Below, piece by piece: positions 1 through 11,847 of a stretch of 24,000 nt of DNA (position 1 is the first letter of the stretch; each line of letters opens with the position of its first letter). Origin of the DNA: Aquitalea magnusonii (GTDB lineage Bacteria; Pseudomonadota; Gammaproteobacteria; Burkholderiales; Chromobacteriaceae). The DNA is taken from positions 48,987-72,986 of the forward strand of contig NZ_QJKC01000017.1 in NCBI RefSeq assembly GCF_003202035.1, given 5' to 3'. The notes beneath the pieces were generated by a model that had not been told where the DNA came from, did not search any database, and was given only the letters and a program-made list of their open reading frames with translations. The position numbers and the translations under genes are program-made.

Positions 1-34
1 GAGAAAACAGAGCGGCATAGCCGCCACCGGAAGC

Positions 35-72
35 AGGTTGGCCGAAGCACACGTTTCGGCCAACCTTTCCAT
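35..72. terminator. GC-rich hairpin with T-rich tail; possible bidirectional intrinsic terminator
   Basis: AGGTTGGCCGAA (35-46) pairs perfectly with TTCGGCCAACCT (55-66) across an 8-nt loop, followed on the + strand by TTTCCATTT. It lies just beyond the stop (84-86) of the minus-strand gene. It could also terminate an off-window + strand gene (frame-3 TAG at 18-20). Confidence 0.4.
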
Positions 73-83
73 TTATGCGCTGC

Positions 84-917
84 TCATTCTGCCGCCGTGG
101 GTGGTGCGATGCTGTCTGCCGGCAGCGATGCACCGACAGGCAGCTGTCCGTCTGCGACATAACGCAAATCATTGACTTCCAGTAATTGATATTGGCCATG
201 CTGCAAGCGCAGGTGGGTGATACTGGCATTGCCCAGTTTGATCGTTGCCACAGCCTGACCGGGCAGCAGCAGGTCAAGCAAGGCATTGATGCTGAGTCCG
301 TGCGATACCAGCAGTACCTTGCCGCCACCCGATTGCCGGGTCTGGCTGATCAGCTCATCCATGCCGCTGCGCAGACGGTGCTGGATGGCTGCATAGTCTT
401 CCGCGGGCCACGTGTCGCTGCCCGTCTTCTGCCGTGTCTTGTCCAGTGCCGCCACCGTATCGGCAAATGCCTTGGGCGTGACCTGTTGCAGCCATTGCGC
501 CAGGCTCATCTGCTGCTGTGCCGCGACGGCCTGCCACAGTGTCTGATTGGCCGCGGTTTCATAGCTGCCGAAATTGAACTCCCTGAAGCGCCAGTCGGTG
601 CGCACCGGCAAGCGGGCCTGCCCGTTGTGGGCCAAGACCAGGCGCGCTGTTTGCAAGGCACGGCCACTGTCGCTGCTGTAGGCCGCAGTGAAATGAATGC
701 CGTGCTTGGCCAGGCCGCGCCCCAGGCTGATGGCCTGGCGCTGGCCTTGCGGCGTCAGGACGGCATCACTCCAGCCTTGTACCTGGTCGCTGGCGTTCAG
801 CATGGTTTTGCCATGGCGTGCGATATAGATTTCGATGTCTGGCGTGCTGTCAGCAGCCATGGCAGCAGGGGCCAGGAAGAGGGTGAACAGGCAGAGGCGG
901 GCAGGAGAGAGGCGCAT
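84..917 (-). CDS. Secreted/periplasmic histidine phosphatase superfamily protein (phosphoglycerate-mutase-like branch)
   Basis: I trimmed the listed 316-aa ORF to the ATG at 917-915, which has AAGGAG 7 nt upstream (revcomp of ctcctt at 924-929). The N-terminus MRLSPARLCLFTLFLAPAAMAAD is a signal peptide. It is followed by IYIARHGKT (catalytic RHG motif) and later LLVSHG. The gene starts 37 nt downstream of the porin stop with no terminator between them. Confidence 0.8.
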   Translation of the reverse strand: MRLSPARLCLFTLFLAPAAMAADSTPDIEIYIARHGKTMLNASDQVQGWSDAVLTPQGQRQAISLGRGLAKHGIHFTAAYSSDSGRALQTARLVLAHNGQARLPVRTDWRFREFNFGSYETAANQTLWQAVAAQQQMSLAQWLQQVTPKAFADTVAALDKTRQKTGSDTWPAEDYAAIQHRLRSGMDELISQTRQSGGGKVLLVSHGLSINALLDLLLPGQAVATIKLGNASITHLRLQHGQYQLLEVNDLRYVADGQLPVGASLPADSIAPPTAAE

Positions 918-954
918 GGTGGCTCCTTTGCTGAAGCGGGTTTCGGGCTGGGGC

Positions 955-5571
<4,617 letters not shown>

Positions 5572-5593
5572 TTATTCCTTGTGTGATCAAATT

Positions 5594-5640
5594 AAAAAAA
5601 CCTGAAAACAGCTCTCCCAGTGGAGAGTGATTTCAGGTTT
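5594..5640 (-). terminator. Intrinsic terminator in the bglG-bglF intercistronic leader (conditional, BglG-controlled)
   Basis: Minus strand reads AACCTGAAA-TCA-CTCTCC-ACTG-GGAGAG-CTG-TTTCAGGTT followed by TTTTTTT. The arms lie at 5631-5639 and 5599-5607. Confidence 0.85.
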
Positions 5641-5664
5641 TGCTCGCCATTGCGATAACAATCC
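5636..5664 (-). promoter_or_regulatory. RAT (ribonucleic antiterminator) RNA element, BglG/SacY binding site, upstream of bglF
   Basis: Minus strand reads GGATTGTTATCGCAATGGCGAGCAAAACC. This matches the RAT consensus GGATTGTTACTGC....GCAGGCAAAACC as I recall it from E. coli bgl and B. subtilis sac/lic leaders. Its 3' end overlaps the 5' arm of the terminator hairpin. Confidence 0.85.
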
Positions 5665-5739
5665 CATTGAGAGTAAGGGCTTGAGCTATTCAGTCATGTC
5701 GGTTTCATGGTGTTGTTGCGCTCAACATGGGGATGGATG

Positions 5740-6576
5740 CTAGATGGCTTGCCTGTCGTGCAGCCGGTTTATATGCAAGCTAAGGTACATTATTTCTGCA
5801 TCGCTCAGTTTTTCATGCCCGTTGGTTTCGATATGCTTGCTAATGGTCTTGGCGCAGTTCCACGCTTGTGGGCAAGACTGTTGCACCATTTCTTGTAATG
5901 CAATATCTCCTGGCAGTAAGCCATTTTTACTGAGCAGACGTTGCGCGAGAAATTTAAGATGAGTCACAAAGCGATGGAAGGCAAGGGTGTTTTCATCCAG
6001 TCTGATATGCATTTTCAAGCGCACAATCTGTAGTACTTCCTGCATCAGAAGGCTGATCTGGTTGGTGATTTTCATGTCGCCGGTCAATTGTGCATTGGCC
6101 AGGTGCAATGCAATGAAACCAGCCTCATCTATTGGTAGTTGACAATCCATTTCCTGTGCGATCAGTTCTAATGAGGCCAAGCCTATATCGTATTCGCATG
6201 GATAGAGTTGTTGAATATCCCATAACATGAGATTGCTGATGGCCATGCCCTGACGATGGCGCTCGATGGCAAAGTGCAGATGATCCACTAGCGTCAGGTA
6301 AATACGCTCATGCAAAGACGGAATTTTTTGTCGTGCCAGGCAAATGATATGATCACTGGTGGTGATGATCTCTGCCGGAATCCGTTGCAATAGTTCGCTG
6401 AGCAGGGCTTGCAAGCCAGGCTCTTGCAGTGAGAATATTTTTTCCACACAGGCTTTGTCCAGAAAGTCTCCTGGACGTTTTTGAAAGCCTAGCCCGCGTC
6501 CCATGACAACTTGTTCCTGCTGTTGTGCATTACGGATAATAACGGCATTGTTATTCAGTATCTTGTAGATACGCAT
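5740..6576 (-). CDS. bglG: BglG/SacY-family PRD-containing transcription antiterminator
   Basis: 278 aa. The N-terminal CAT RNA-binding domain is MRIYKILNNNAVIIRN...VVMGRGLGFQKRPGD. Two PRD modules carry conserved His residues (LVDHLHFAIER, FIALHLANA, FVTHLKFLAQR, YLSLHINRL). GGAGG RBS lies upstream of the ATG at 6576. The gene is markedly lower in GC than its neighbours. Confidence 0.9.
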   Translation of the reverse strand: MRIYKILNNNAVIIRNAQQQEQVVMGRGLGFQKRPGDFLDKACVEKIFSLQEPGLQALLSELLQRIPAEIITTSDHIICLARQKIPSLHERIYLTLVDHLHFAIERHRQGMAISNLMLWDIQQLYPCEYDIGLASLELIAQEMDCQLPIDEAGFIALHLANAQLTGDMKITNQISLLMQEVLQIVRLKMHIRLDENTLAFHRFVTHLKFLAQRLLSKNGLLPGDIALQEMVQQSCPQAWNCAKTISKHIETNGHEKLSDAEIMYLSLHINRLHDRQAI

Positions 6577-6588
6577 TTGTTAGCCTCC

Positions 6589-6631
6589 AAAAACAAAAAC
6601 CTGATCCACAACGGCATGTGTGGATCAGGTT
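6589..6631 (-). terminator. Intrinsic terminator in the bglG leader (conditional, BglG-controlled)
   Basis: Minus strand reads AACCTGATCCACA (6631-6619), loop CATGCCGT, TGTGGATCAGGTT (6610-6598), followed by TTTTGTTTTT. This is a 13-bp perfect stem. Confidence 0.85.
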
Positions 6632-6656
6632 TTGCCTGCTATTGCAGTGACAAGCC
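6628..6656 (-). promoter_or_regulatory. RAT RNA element upstream of bglG (autoregulatory)
   Basis: Minus strand reads GGCTTGTCACTGCAATAGCAGGCAAAACC, a near-consensus RAT. Its 3' AAACC overlaps the 5' arm of the terminator hairpin. Confidence 0.85.
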
Positions 6657-6810
6657 TGGGAGGTACTACCGGATTGATGATTTGCTGAATAGGTATAATC
6701 CAGAAAACCAGCGTTCTGGGGATTATCTGTGCAAGAGATAAGGACTGACAAGCTGCCCTTTTGGCATGGCGATCTGTCTTATCTTGCAGGCTTTCCTTTT
6801 AATGGATTGT

Positions 6811-7362
6811 TTATGGCTGCACACCCATCAGATATTTCTTGCTCATAGCCTTGAATAACTCACTACCGGCCACCTCCAGCATTTCAAACAACACCATTTC
6901 CCGGCTGACCAAGACCGCCCCTGCGGCCTGCATGCGCTGCAAGCCCAGTTGCTTGTCGCTGTCGCGGCGACTGGCCACGGCATCGGCCACCACGAATACC
7001 TGTTTGCCCTGTGCCAGCAGTTGCAGCACCGTCTGCAAAACGCAGACATGCGTTTCCATGCCGCAGACAATCACCTGTTTGCGGGCCAGCAGGCTGTCTG
7101 GCAGGCAGTCGGCGGCCACGCAGGAAAAATGCAGCTTTTCCACCACGCTGGCCTGTGGCGCCAATGCCAGCAGGCTGGCTTCGGTGTGGCCCAGGCCGCG
7201 CGGGTATTGTTCGGAAAACACGATGGGCAGCCCGGTATCGTGTGCCACCCCCACCAGCCACAAGCTGGCAGCCAGCATGCTGTCGGCCTGATCCACCGCC
7301 GGCAGCAGCTTGTCCTGGATATCCACCACCAGCAGGGTGGCCTGATCGATTTGCATCAGCAT
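6811..7362 (-). CDS. Isochorismatase-family (cysteine hydrolase) protein
   Basis: Only the C-terminal 183 codons of the listed 831-aa ORF are credible. The ATG at 7362-7360 (MLMQIDQATLLVVDIQDKLL) has GAGGGAG upstream. Family motifs are LLVVDIQD (Asp) and VIVCGMETHVCVLQT (catalytic Cys). The upstream part of the ORF is antisense to the dehydrogenase gene. Confidence 0.85.
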   Translation of the reverse strand: MLMQIDQATLLVVDIQDKLLPAVDQADSMLAASLWLVGVAHDTGLPIVFSEQYPRGLGHTEASLLALAPQASVVEKLHFSCVAADCLPDSLLARKQVIVCGMETHVCVLQTVLQLLAQGKQVFVVADAVASRRDSDKQLGLQRMQAAGAVLVSREMVLFEMLEVAGSELFKAMSKKYLMGVQP

Positions 7363-7572
7363 GTCTGTGTCTCCCTCTCTGTTATTTCCACGCATAAACC
7401 GTCTGGCTGACAGGGTAATCCCTTGATGGGCAGATAAGCCAGATGTGGCACTATGCCGCTTCAACATTCTTGGGACCGTTATCCTGTCATTGCAGTTCTG
7501 CAAGCAGGTGACGTGCGCAACCTGGCGTGGCAAGCCGACACAGAGCAGCTGCCCGCGCCGCGGAGAGAGTTC

Positions 7573-10401
7573 ATGCTGCAAGGTGCTTACCGGCTGTTTC
7601 AACAAGCCATTGTCGAAGTGATCGACCCCAAGCGGGTATTTAGCGACCCGCTGTCCACCCTGGCCTACGGGACGGATGCGTCCTGTTACCGGCTGGTACC
7701 GAAAATTGTCATCCAGACACACTCCGAGGCCGAAGTGCAGGCGGTGCTGGCACAGGCTGCGGCGTTGAAGTTGCCGGTGACCTTCCGCGCGGCGGGGACT
7801 TCGCTGTCCGGCCAGGCAGTGAGCGATTCCATTCTGGTGGTGGCCAATCATGGCTGGAAAGACCTGCAAGTCCTGGATGAAGGGCGGGCCATCCGCTTGC
7901 AGCCGGGGGTAATCGGTGCGGCGGCCAATGCCGCCTTGCTGCCGTTTGGCCGCAAGATCGGTCCCGATCCGGCCACCATCAATTCCGCCATGATAGGCGG
8001 CATTGTCAGCAACAACTCCAGCGGCATGTGCTGCGGCACGGCGCAAAACACTTACCAGACCATCAAGAGCCTGCGGCTGGTGCTGGCCGACGGCACGGTG
8101 CTGGATACCGCCGATACCGCCAGTGTGGCGGCCTTCCGCCAGTCGCATGCCGGGCTGCTGGCCGGGCTGGCTGGGCTGGCTGCGCGTATCCGCGCCGATG
8201 GCGAACTGGAAGCGCGCATCCGCCGCAAGTACAAGATGAAAAACACCACCGGCTACAGCCTGAATGCGCTGGTGGATTTTGCCGATCCGCTGGACATGCT
8301 GCTGCACCTGATTGTGGGCAGCGAAGGCACACTGGCCTTTGTCTCCGAGGCGACTTACCACACGGTGGAAGAACTGCCGCACAAGGCCTCGGCGCTGGTG
8401 TTGTACCCCACCATCAAGGATGCCTGCGATGCCATTCAGTTGCTGGCCCAACACAAGGACGTGGTGTCCTCGGCCGAGCTGCTGGACCGCGCCAGCCTGC
8501 GCTCGGTGGAAAACAAGGCGGGGGTGCCGGCCGAACTGAAAACCCTGGGCGACGAGGCTGCCGCCATCCTGATGGAAACCCGTGCCCGCGATGCTAGCGC
8601 GCTGACTGTGCAGATCGACGCCATTTGCGGCTATATCGCCACCATTCCCAATCTGTCCGGCATTCGCTTTACCGATGTGGCCGAGGAATACACCCGCTTG
8701 TGGAATATCCGCAAGGGCATGTTCCCCAGTGTGGGCGCGATGCGTGCGGCGGAAACCACCGTCATCATCGAAGACGTGGTGTTTCCCATCGAACATCTGG
8801 CCGAAGGCACGCTCAAGCTGCAAGCCTTGTTCCGCCAGTACCATTACGACGAAGCCATCATCTTCGGCCATGCGCTGGAAGGTAACCTGCACTTCGTGTT
8901 CACGCCCAATTTTTCCGGTGAGGCCGAAATCAAACGTTACGAAGCCTTTATCGAGGCGGTGTGCAAGCTGGTGGCGGTGGAGTACGAAGGCGCGGTCAAG
9001 GCCGAGCACGGCACCGGTCGCAATATGGCCCCCTTTGTGGAAATGGAATGGGGCCCGGCAGCCTACCGGATCATGCAGGAACTCAAGGCCCTGTTTGACC
9101 CGGATGGCATTCTCAACCCGGATGTGATCATCACCCACGACAAGCTGCTGCATATCCGCAACCTGAAGCCGATTCCCACGGCCAATACGCTGATCGACAA
9201 GTGCATCGAATGTGGTTTCTGCGAAGTGATGTGCCCCAGCCGCGCCATTACCCTGACCCCGCGCCAGCGCATTGTGGCCAACCGCGAAATGGCCGCGCTG
9301 GAACAAAGCGGCCAGGACCCGTCGCGGCTGGATGCATTGCGTGAGAGTTACCAGTTTGCCGGTGATGAAACCTGCACCACCTGTGGCTTGTGCGAATCCG
9401 CCTGTCCGGTGGGCATCAATACCGGCGCGCTCACCAGTCAGCTACGCCAGCAGAATCTCAGCGATACCGGCTGGGCGCTGGCCAATACCCTGGCCAGCCA
9501 CTACGATACGGCGACAGCCGGTGCCCGGCTCGGCTTGCGTGCGCTGCAAACCGTGCAAAGCGTGGCCGGCAATGCCGCCACCGGCGTGCTGATGCGCAGC
9601 CTGCGCCGGGTGGTGGGGCGGCGTATTCCCTACTGGACGCCATACTTCCCGCGTGCTGCCAGCAAGCTGCGGCTGGACGGTGGCAAACAGGGCGAGCGCA
9701 AGGTGGTGTACCTGCCATCCTGCCTGACGCGTACCTTTGCCCCGGCCAAGGCGCAGCCGGACCAGCGCCCGCTGAACGAGGTGGTAGCCTCGGTGCTGGG
9801 CAAGGCCGGTTACCAGATTCTCTACCCGCAGCAGATGGATGGCCTGTGCTGTGGCACGCCGTTCAAGTCCAAGGGCGCGGCCGATGCTGCTGCCAGCAAG
9901 TTGTCCGAGCTGGAAGCAGCCTTGCTGCAGGCCAGTGACAATGGCCGCTGGCCGGTGATTGTCGACAATGGCGTGTGCACCGCCAGCATGCTGGAAGGGC
10001 TGCAGGACAAGCGCTTGCAGGTGTATGACGTTACCCGTTTCGTACACGAAGTGGCTGCCGAGCACCTGGCCTTCACCCCGCAGCCTGAAAGCGTGGCGCT
10101 GCATGTGGTGTGCTCCATGCGCAAGACCGGTCAGGCCGCCATGCTCAATGCCCTGGCCAAACGCTGCGCCAGCACGGTGATCGAGCCGCAGGGCATTACC
10201 TGTTGCGGCTTTGCCGGTGACAAGGGCTTCAGCCATCCGGAACTCAACAGCAGTGCGCTGACTGGCCTGAAAGCCCAGGTGAAAGACTGCGGCAGCGGCT
10301 TCTCCAATAGCGTGACCTGCGAGATCGGCCTGTCGGACAATTCCGGCATTCCTTACCAGAACCTGATGTATCTGGTGGACCGCGCCTGCCGCAGCCGCTA
10401 A
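7573..10401 (+). CDS. FAD-binding plus 4Fe-4S plus CCG-domain oxidoreductase (Fe-S D-lactate / D-2-hydroxyacid dehydrogenase, YdiJ/Dld-II-like architecture)
   Basis: The N-terminal FAD-linked oxidase region includes LAYGTDASCYRLVPK, VTFRAAGTSLSGQA and GHALEGNLHF. There are two ferredoxin-type cluster motifs, CIECGFCEVMCPS and CTTCGLCESACPV. Two CCG motifs follow (GLCCGTPF, ITCCGFAGDKG). I prefer the ATG at 7573 because it is preceded by GGAGAGAG. The ORF-track start at 7453 would add 40 aa and has no SD. Confidence 0.85.
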   Translation: MLQGAYRLFQQAIVEVIDPKRVFSDPLSTLAYGTDASCYRLVPKIVIQTHSEAEVQAVLAQAAALKLPVTFRAAGTSLSGQAVSDSILVVANHGWKDLQVLDEGRAIRLQPGVIGAAANAALLPFGRKIGPDPATINSAMIGGIVSNNSSGMCCGTAQNTYQTIKSLRLVLADGTVLDTADTASVAAFRQSHAGLLAGLAGLAARIRADGELEARIRRKYKMKNTTGYSLNALVDFADPLDMLLHLIVGSEGTLAFVSEATYHTVEELPHKASALVLYPTIKDACDAIQLLAQHKDVVSSAELLDRASLRSVENKAGVPAELKTLGDEAAAILMETRARDASALTVQIDAICGYIATIPNLSGIRFTDVAEEYTRLWNIRKGMFPSVGAMRAAETTVIIEDVVFPIEHLAEGTLKLQALFRQYHYDEAIIFGHALEGNLHFVFTPNFSGEAEIKRYEAFIEAVCKLVAVEYEGAVKAEHGTGRNMAPFVEMEWGPAAYRIMQELKALFDPDGILNPDVIITHDKLLHIRNLKPIPTANTLIDKCIECGFCEVMCPSRAITLTPRQRIVANREMAALEQSGQDPSRLDALRESYQFAGDETCTTCGLCESACPVGINTGALTSQLRQQNLSDTGWALANTLASHYDTATAGARLGLRALQTVQSVAGNAATGVLMRSLRRVVGRRIPYWTPYFPRAASKLRLDGGKQGERKVVYLPSCLTRTFAPAKAQPDQRPLNEVVASVLGKAGYQILYPQQMDGLCCGTPFKSKGAADAAASKLSELEAALLQASDNGRWPVIVDNGVCTASMLEGLQDKRLQVYDVTRFVHEVAAEHLAFTPQPESVALHVVCSMRKTGQAAMLNALAKRCASTVIEPQGITCCGFAGDKGFSHPELNSSALTGLKAQVKDCGSGFSNSVTCEIGLSDNSGIPYQNLMYLVDRACRSR

Positions 10402-10427
10402 GCCCCTGGCTGCTTGCTGAGCAACCC

Positions 10428-10465
10428 AGCCCCGTTTTCAGCGATGAAACGGGGCTGTTGCTTGT
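10428..10465 (+). terminator. Probable intrinsic terminator after the dehydrogenase gene
   Basis: CAGCCCCGTTT (10428-10438) pairs with AAACGGGGCTG (10447-10457). The tail TTGCTTGT is only weakly U-rich. Confidence 0.45.
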
Positions 10466-10548
10466 CAAATCCGCTTGTTTAATCGCCATTCTGTTGCTAA
10501 TGATGTCATGCTATCTGGCTGGAACCTGCCTTACAGGAGCATTGCCGC

Positions 10549-11061
10549 ATGAGTTTTCATATCCGCCGCATCGAGCCGGAAGACGCCGCCGCCATGGCGC
10601 GCTTGCAATCCGCCCCCGGCGTGGTCCGCCATACCTCGCAACAGCCCTATCAGTCGGCTGCCGACTGGCAGCAAAAATTGCAGCAGCTGTCCTCCTCCTG
10701 TCACTGGCTGGTGGCCTGTGATGCTGCCGACGAAGTGATTGCCAGCGCCGGGCTCACCATCCTGCCGCAAGCGCGTTGCCGCCACGTGGCCGACCTGTTC
10801 CTGCTGGTCCGCGACGAATGGCAGGGCAAGGGCGTGGGGCGTGCACTGATGCAGGCCTTGCTGGAGCTGTCCGACAACTGGCTGGGGCTGATCCGGCTGC
10901 AACTGATGGCGCAGCGGGACAACCAGCGCGCCATTGCGCTGTACGAGCGCTTTGGCTTCCAGCATGAAGGCGTGGTGCGCCAGGACATCCTGCAGGACGG
11001 GCGCTATGTGGACAGTGTGGTGATGGCACGGCTGCACTGGCCGGCAGGAGGGCAGGCATGA
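10549..11061 (+). CDS. GNAT-family N-acetyltransferase (YhhY-like), paralog 1
   Basis: 170 aa with AGGAG RBS. The acetyl-CoA binding core is WQGKGVGRALMQALLELSDNWLGLIRLQL...NQRAIALYERFGF. The C-terminal GRYVDSVVMARL is shared with the downstream paralog. Confidence 0.85.
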   Translation: MSFHIRRIEPEDAAAMARLQSAPGVVRHTSQQPYQSAADWQQKLQQLSSSCHWLVACDAADEVIASAGLTILPQARCRHVADLFLLVRDEWQGKGVGRALMQALLELSDNWLGLIRLQLMAQRDNQRAIALYERFGFQHEGVVRQDILQDGRYVDSVVMARLHWPAGGQA

Positions 11062-11576
11062 GCCGGTATCACATTCGCAAACCGGGTCCGGCGGATGCCG
11101 CGGCACTGCGCGCACTGATGAGCGATCCGCTCTGTTACGGCAATACCCTGCAGCTGCCTTATCCCTCCCTGCAGCTGTGGCAACAGCGGCTGGCGGGTAG
11201 CGATCCGCTGCACCATGCGCTGTTGCTGGAAACGGCGGCGGGCCAGGTGATTGCCCACGGTTCACTATGGCGGGAAAGCGCTCCCCGACTGGCGCACGGC
11301 GCCCACCTGGGCATGGCGGTACAGCGTGAATGGCAGGGGCAGGGGGTGGGCAGGGCCTTGCTGCAGGCCATGCTGGACCTGGCGGATAACTGGCTGGGCC
11401 TGCACCGGGTGGAGCTGACGGTATTTGAGGATAATGCGGCTGCACTGGCGCTGTACCACAAGTGCGGCTTTGTCGAAGAGGCCCGTTTGCGCGCTTACGC
11501 CCTGCGCAATGGTCGCTATGAAGATGTCCTGAAAATGGCCAGGCTGCGTGCCAGCTCACCTGCAGCGCAGGCTTGA
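11058..11576 (+). CDS. GNAT-family N-acetyltransferase (YhhY-like), paralog 2
   Basis: 172 aa. Its ATG at 11058 overlaps the upstream TGA (ATGA). Motifs are CYGNTLQLPYPSLQLWQQRL, WQGQGVGRALLQAMLDLADNWLGLHRVELTVFEDNAAALALYHKCGF and GRYEDVLKMARL. Confidence 0.85.
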   Translation: MSRYHIRKPGPADAAALRALMSDPLCYGNTLQLPYPSLQLWQQRLAGSDPLHHALLLETAAGQVIAHGSLWRESAPRLAHGAHLGMAVQREWQGQGVGRALLQAMLDLADNWLGLHRVELTVFEDNAAALALYHKCGFVEEARLRAYALRNGRYEDVLKMARLRASSPAAQA

Positions 11577-11593
11577 GCGCAAGACAAAAAAAT

Positions 11594-11617
11594 AACGCCA
11601 TCGCAAGATGGCGTTTT
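11594..11617 (+). terminator. Intrinsic terminator after the GNAT pair
   Basis: AACGCCATC, loop GCAA, GATGGCGTT, followed by TTC. The A-run upstream (AAAAAAATA) would give a U-tail on the opposite strand as well. Confidence 0.7.
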
Positions 11618-11791
11618 CAATCACAACACAACAAAGGAGTTTGCTGTCTGCCCTGACGGCAGTGGCCTGATGATGCACAACAAGCCCTGAAAAAACTTCA
11701 ACAAAGTGTCGACATTATCCAATAGGTCGGCGCGGTGGTCGTTCATGATCCGGACATGAAGCGGTAATATTGCGACGTCTCTGATTTATAT

Positions 11792-11821
11792 AAAGAAAAA
11801 GCGCGGTAAGCCCGCGCTTTT
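11792..11821 (-). terminator. Intrinsic terminator after uraA (structure is symmetric and could act bidirectionally)
   Basis: Minus strand reads AAAAGCGCGG, loop GCTTA, CCGCGCTTTT, followed by TCTTT. It lies 27 nt downstream of the uraA stop. Confidence 0.7.
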
Positions 11822-11847
11822 GTCTGTATTGCAGCCAGGTCAGGTGT

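Noticed and set aside
33-44. The 12-mer GCAGGTTGGCCG is shared by the 5' arms of the terminator hairpins at 33-44 and 23445-23456. This could hint at a repeat family or an uptake-sequence-like element.
   Set aside because: A single shared 12-mer between two sites in a 24-kb window, counting both strands, is expected by chance. The order-of-magnitude estimate is tens of such matches, and more with GC bias. The rest of the two hairpins differ. I saw no over-represented Neisseria-type DUS (GCCGTCTGAA).
6511-6751. Two small ORFs (76 aa on +, 66 aa on -) in the region upstream of bglG.
   Set aside because: They overlap the RAT/terminator leader and the AT-rich promoter region. They have no RBS and are explained by the regulatory RNA.
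7453-7572. The ORF-track start (ATG at 7453) for the dehydrogenase, which adds 40 N-terminal residues.
   Set aside because: No SD precedes 7453, whereas GGAGAGAG precedes the ATG at 7573. The shorter N-terminus leaves a typical ~25-residue lead-in before the conserved DPL..LAYGTDAS block. It is kept as an alternative only.
6811-9306. An 831-aa minus-strand ORF, the longest minus-strand ORF in the track.
   Set aside because: Only its last 183 codons (6811-7362) have a recognisable fold (isochorismatase family), an RBS and a sensible start. The remainder is antisense to the motif-rich FAD/Fe-S dehydrogenase gene. Its translation is low-complexity (G/R/H/Q/A-rich), which is typical of a stop-free shadow frame in high-GC DNA.
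11621-11746. A 41-codon minus-strand ORF (MNDHRADLLDNVDTLLKFFQGLL...) in the convergent spacer.
   Set aside because: It has no Shine-Dalgarno, lies downstream of the uraA terminator with no evident promoter, and has no recognisable motif. It is mentioned only as a low-priority possibility in the findings.
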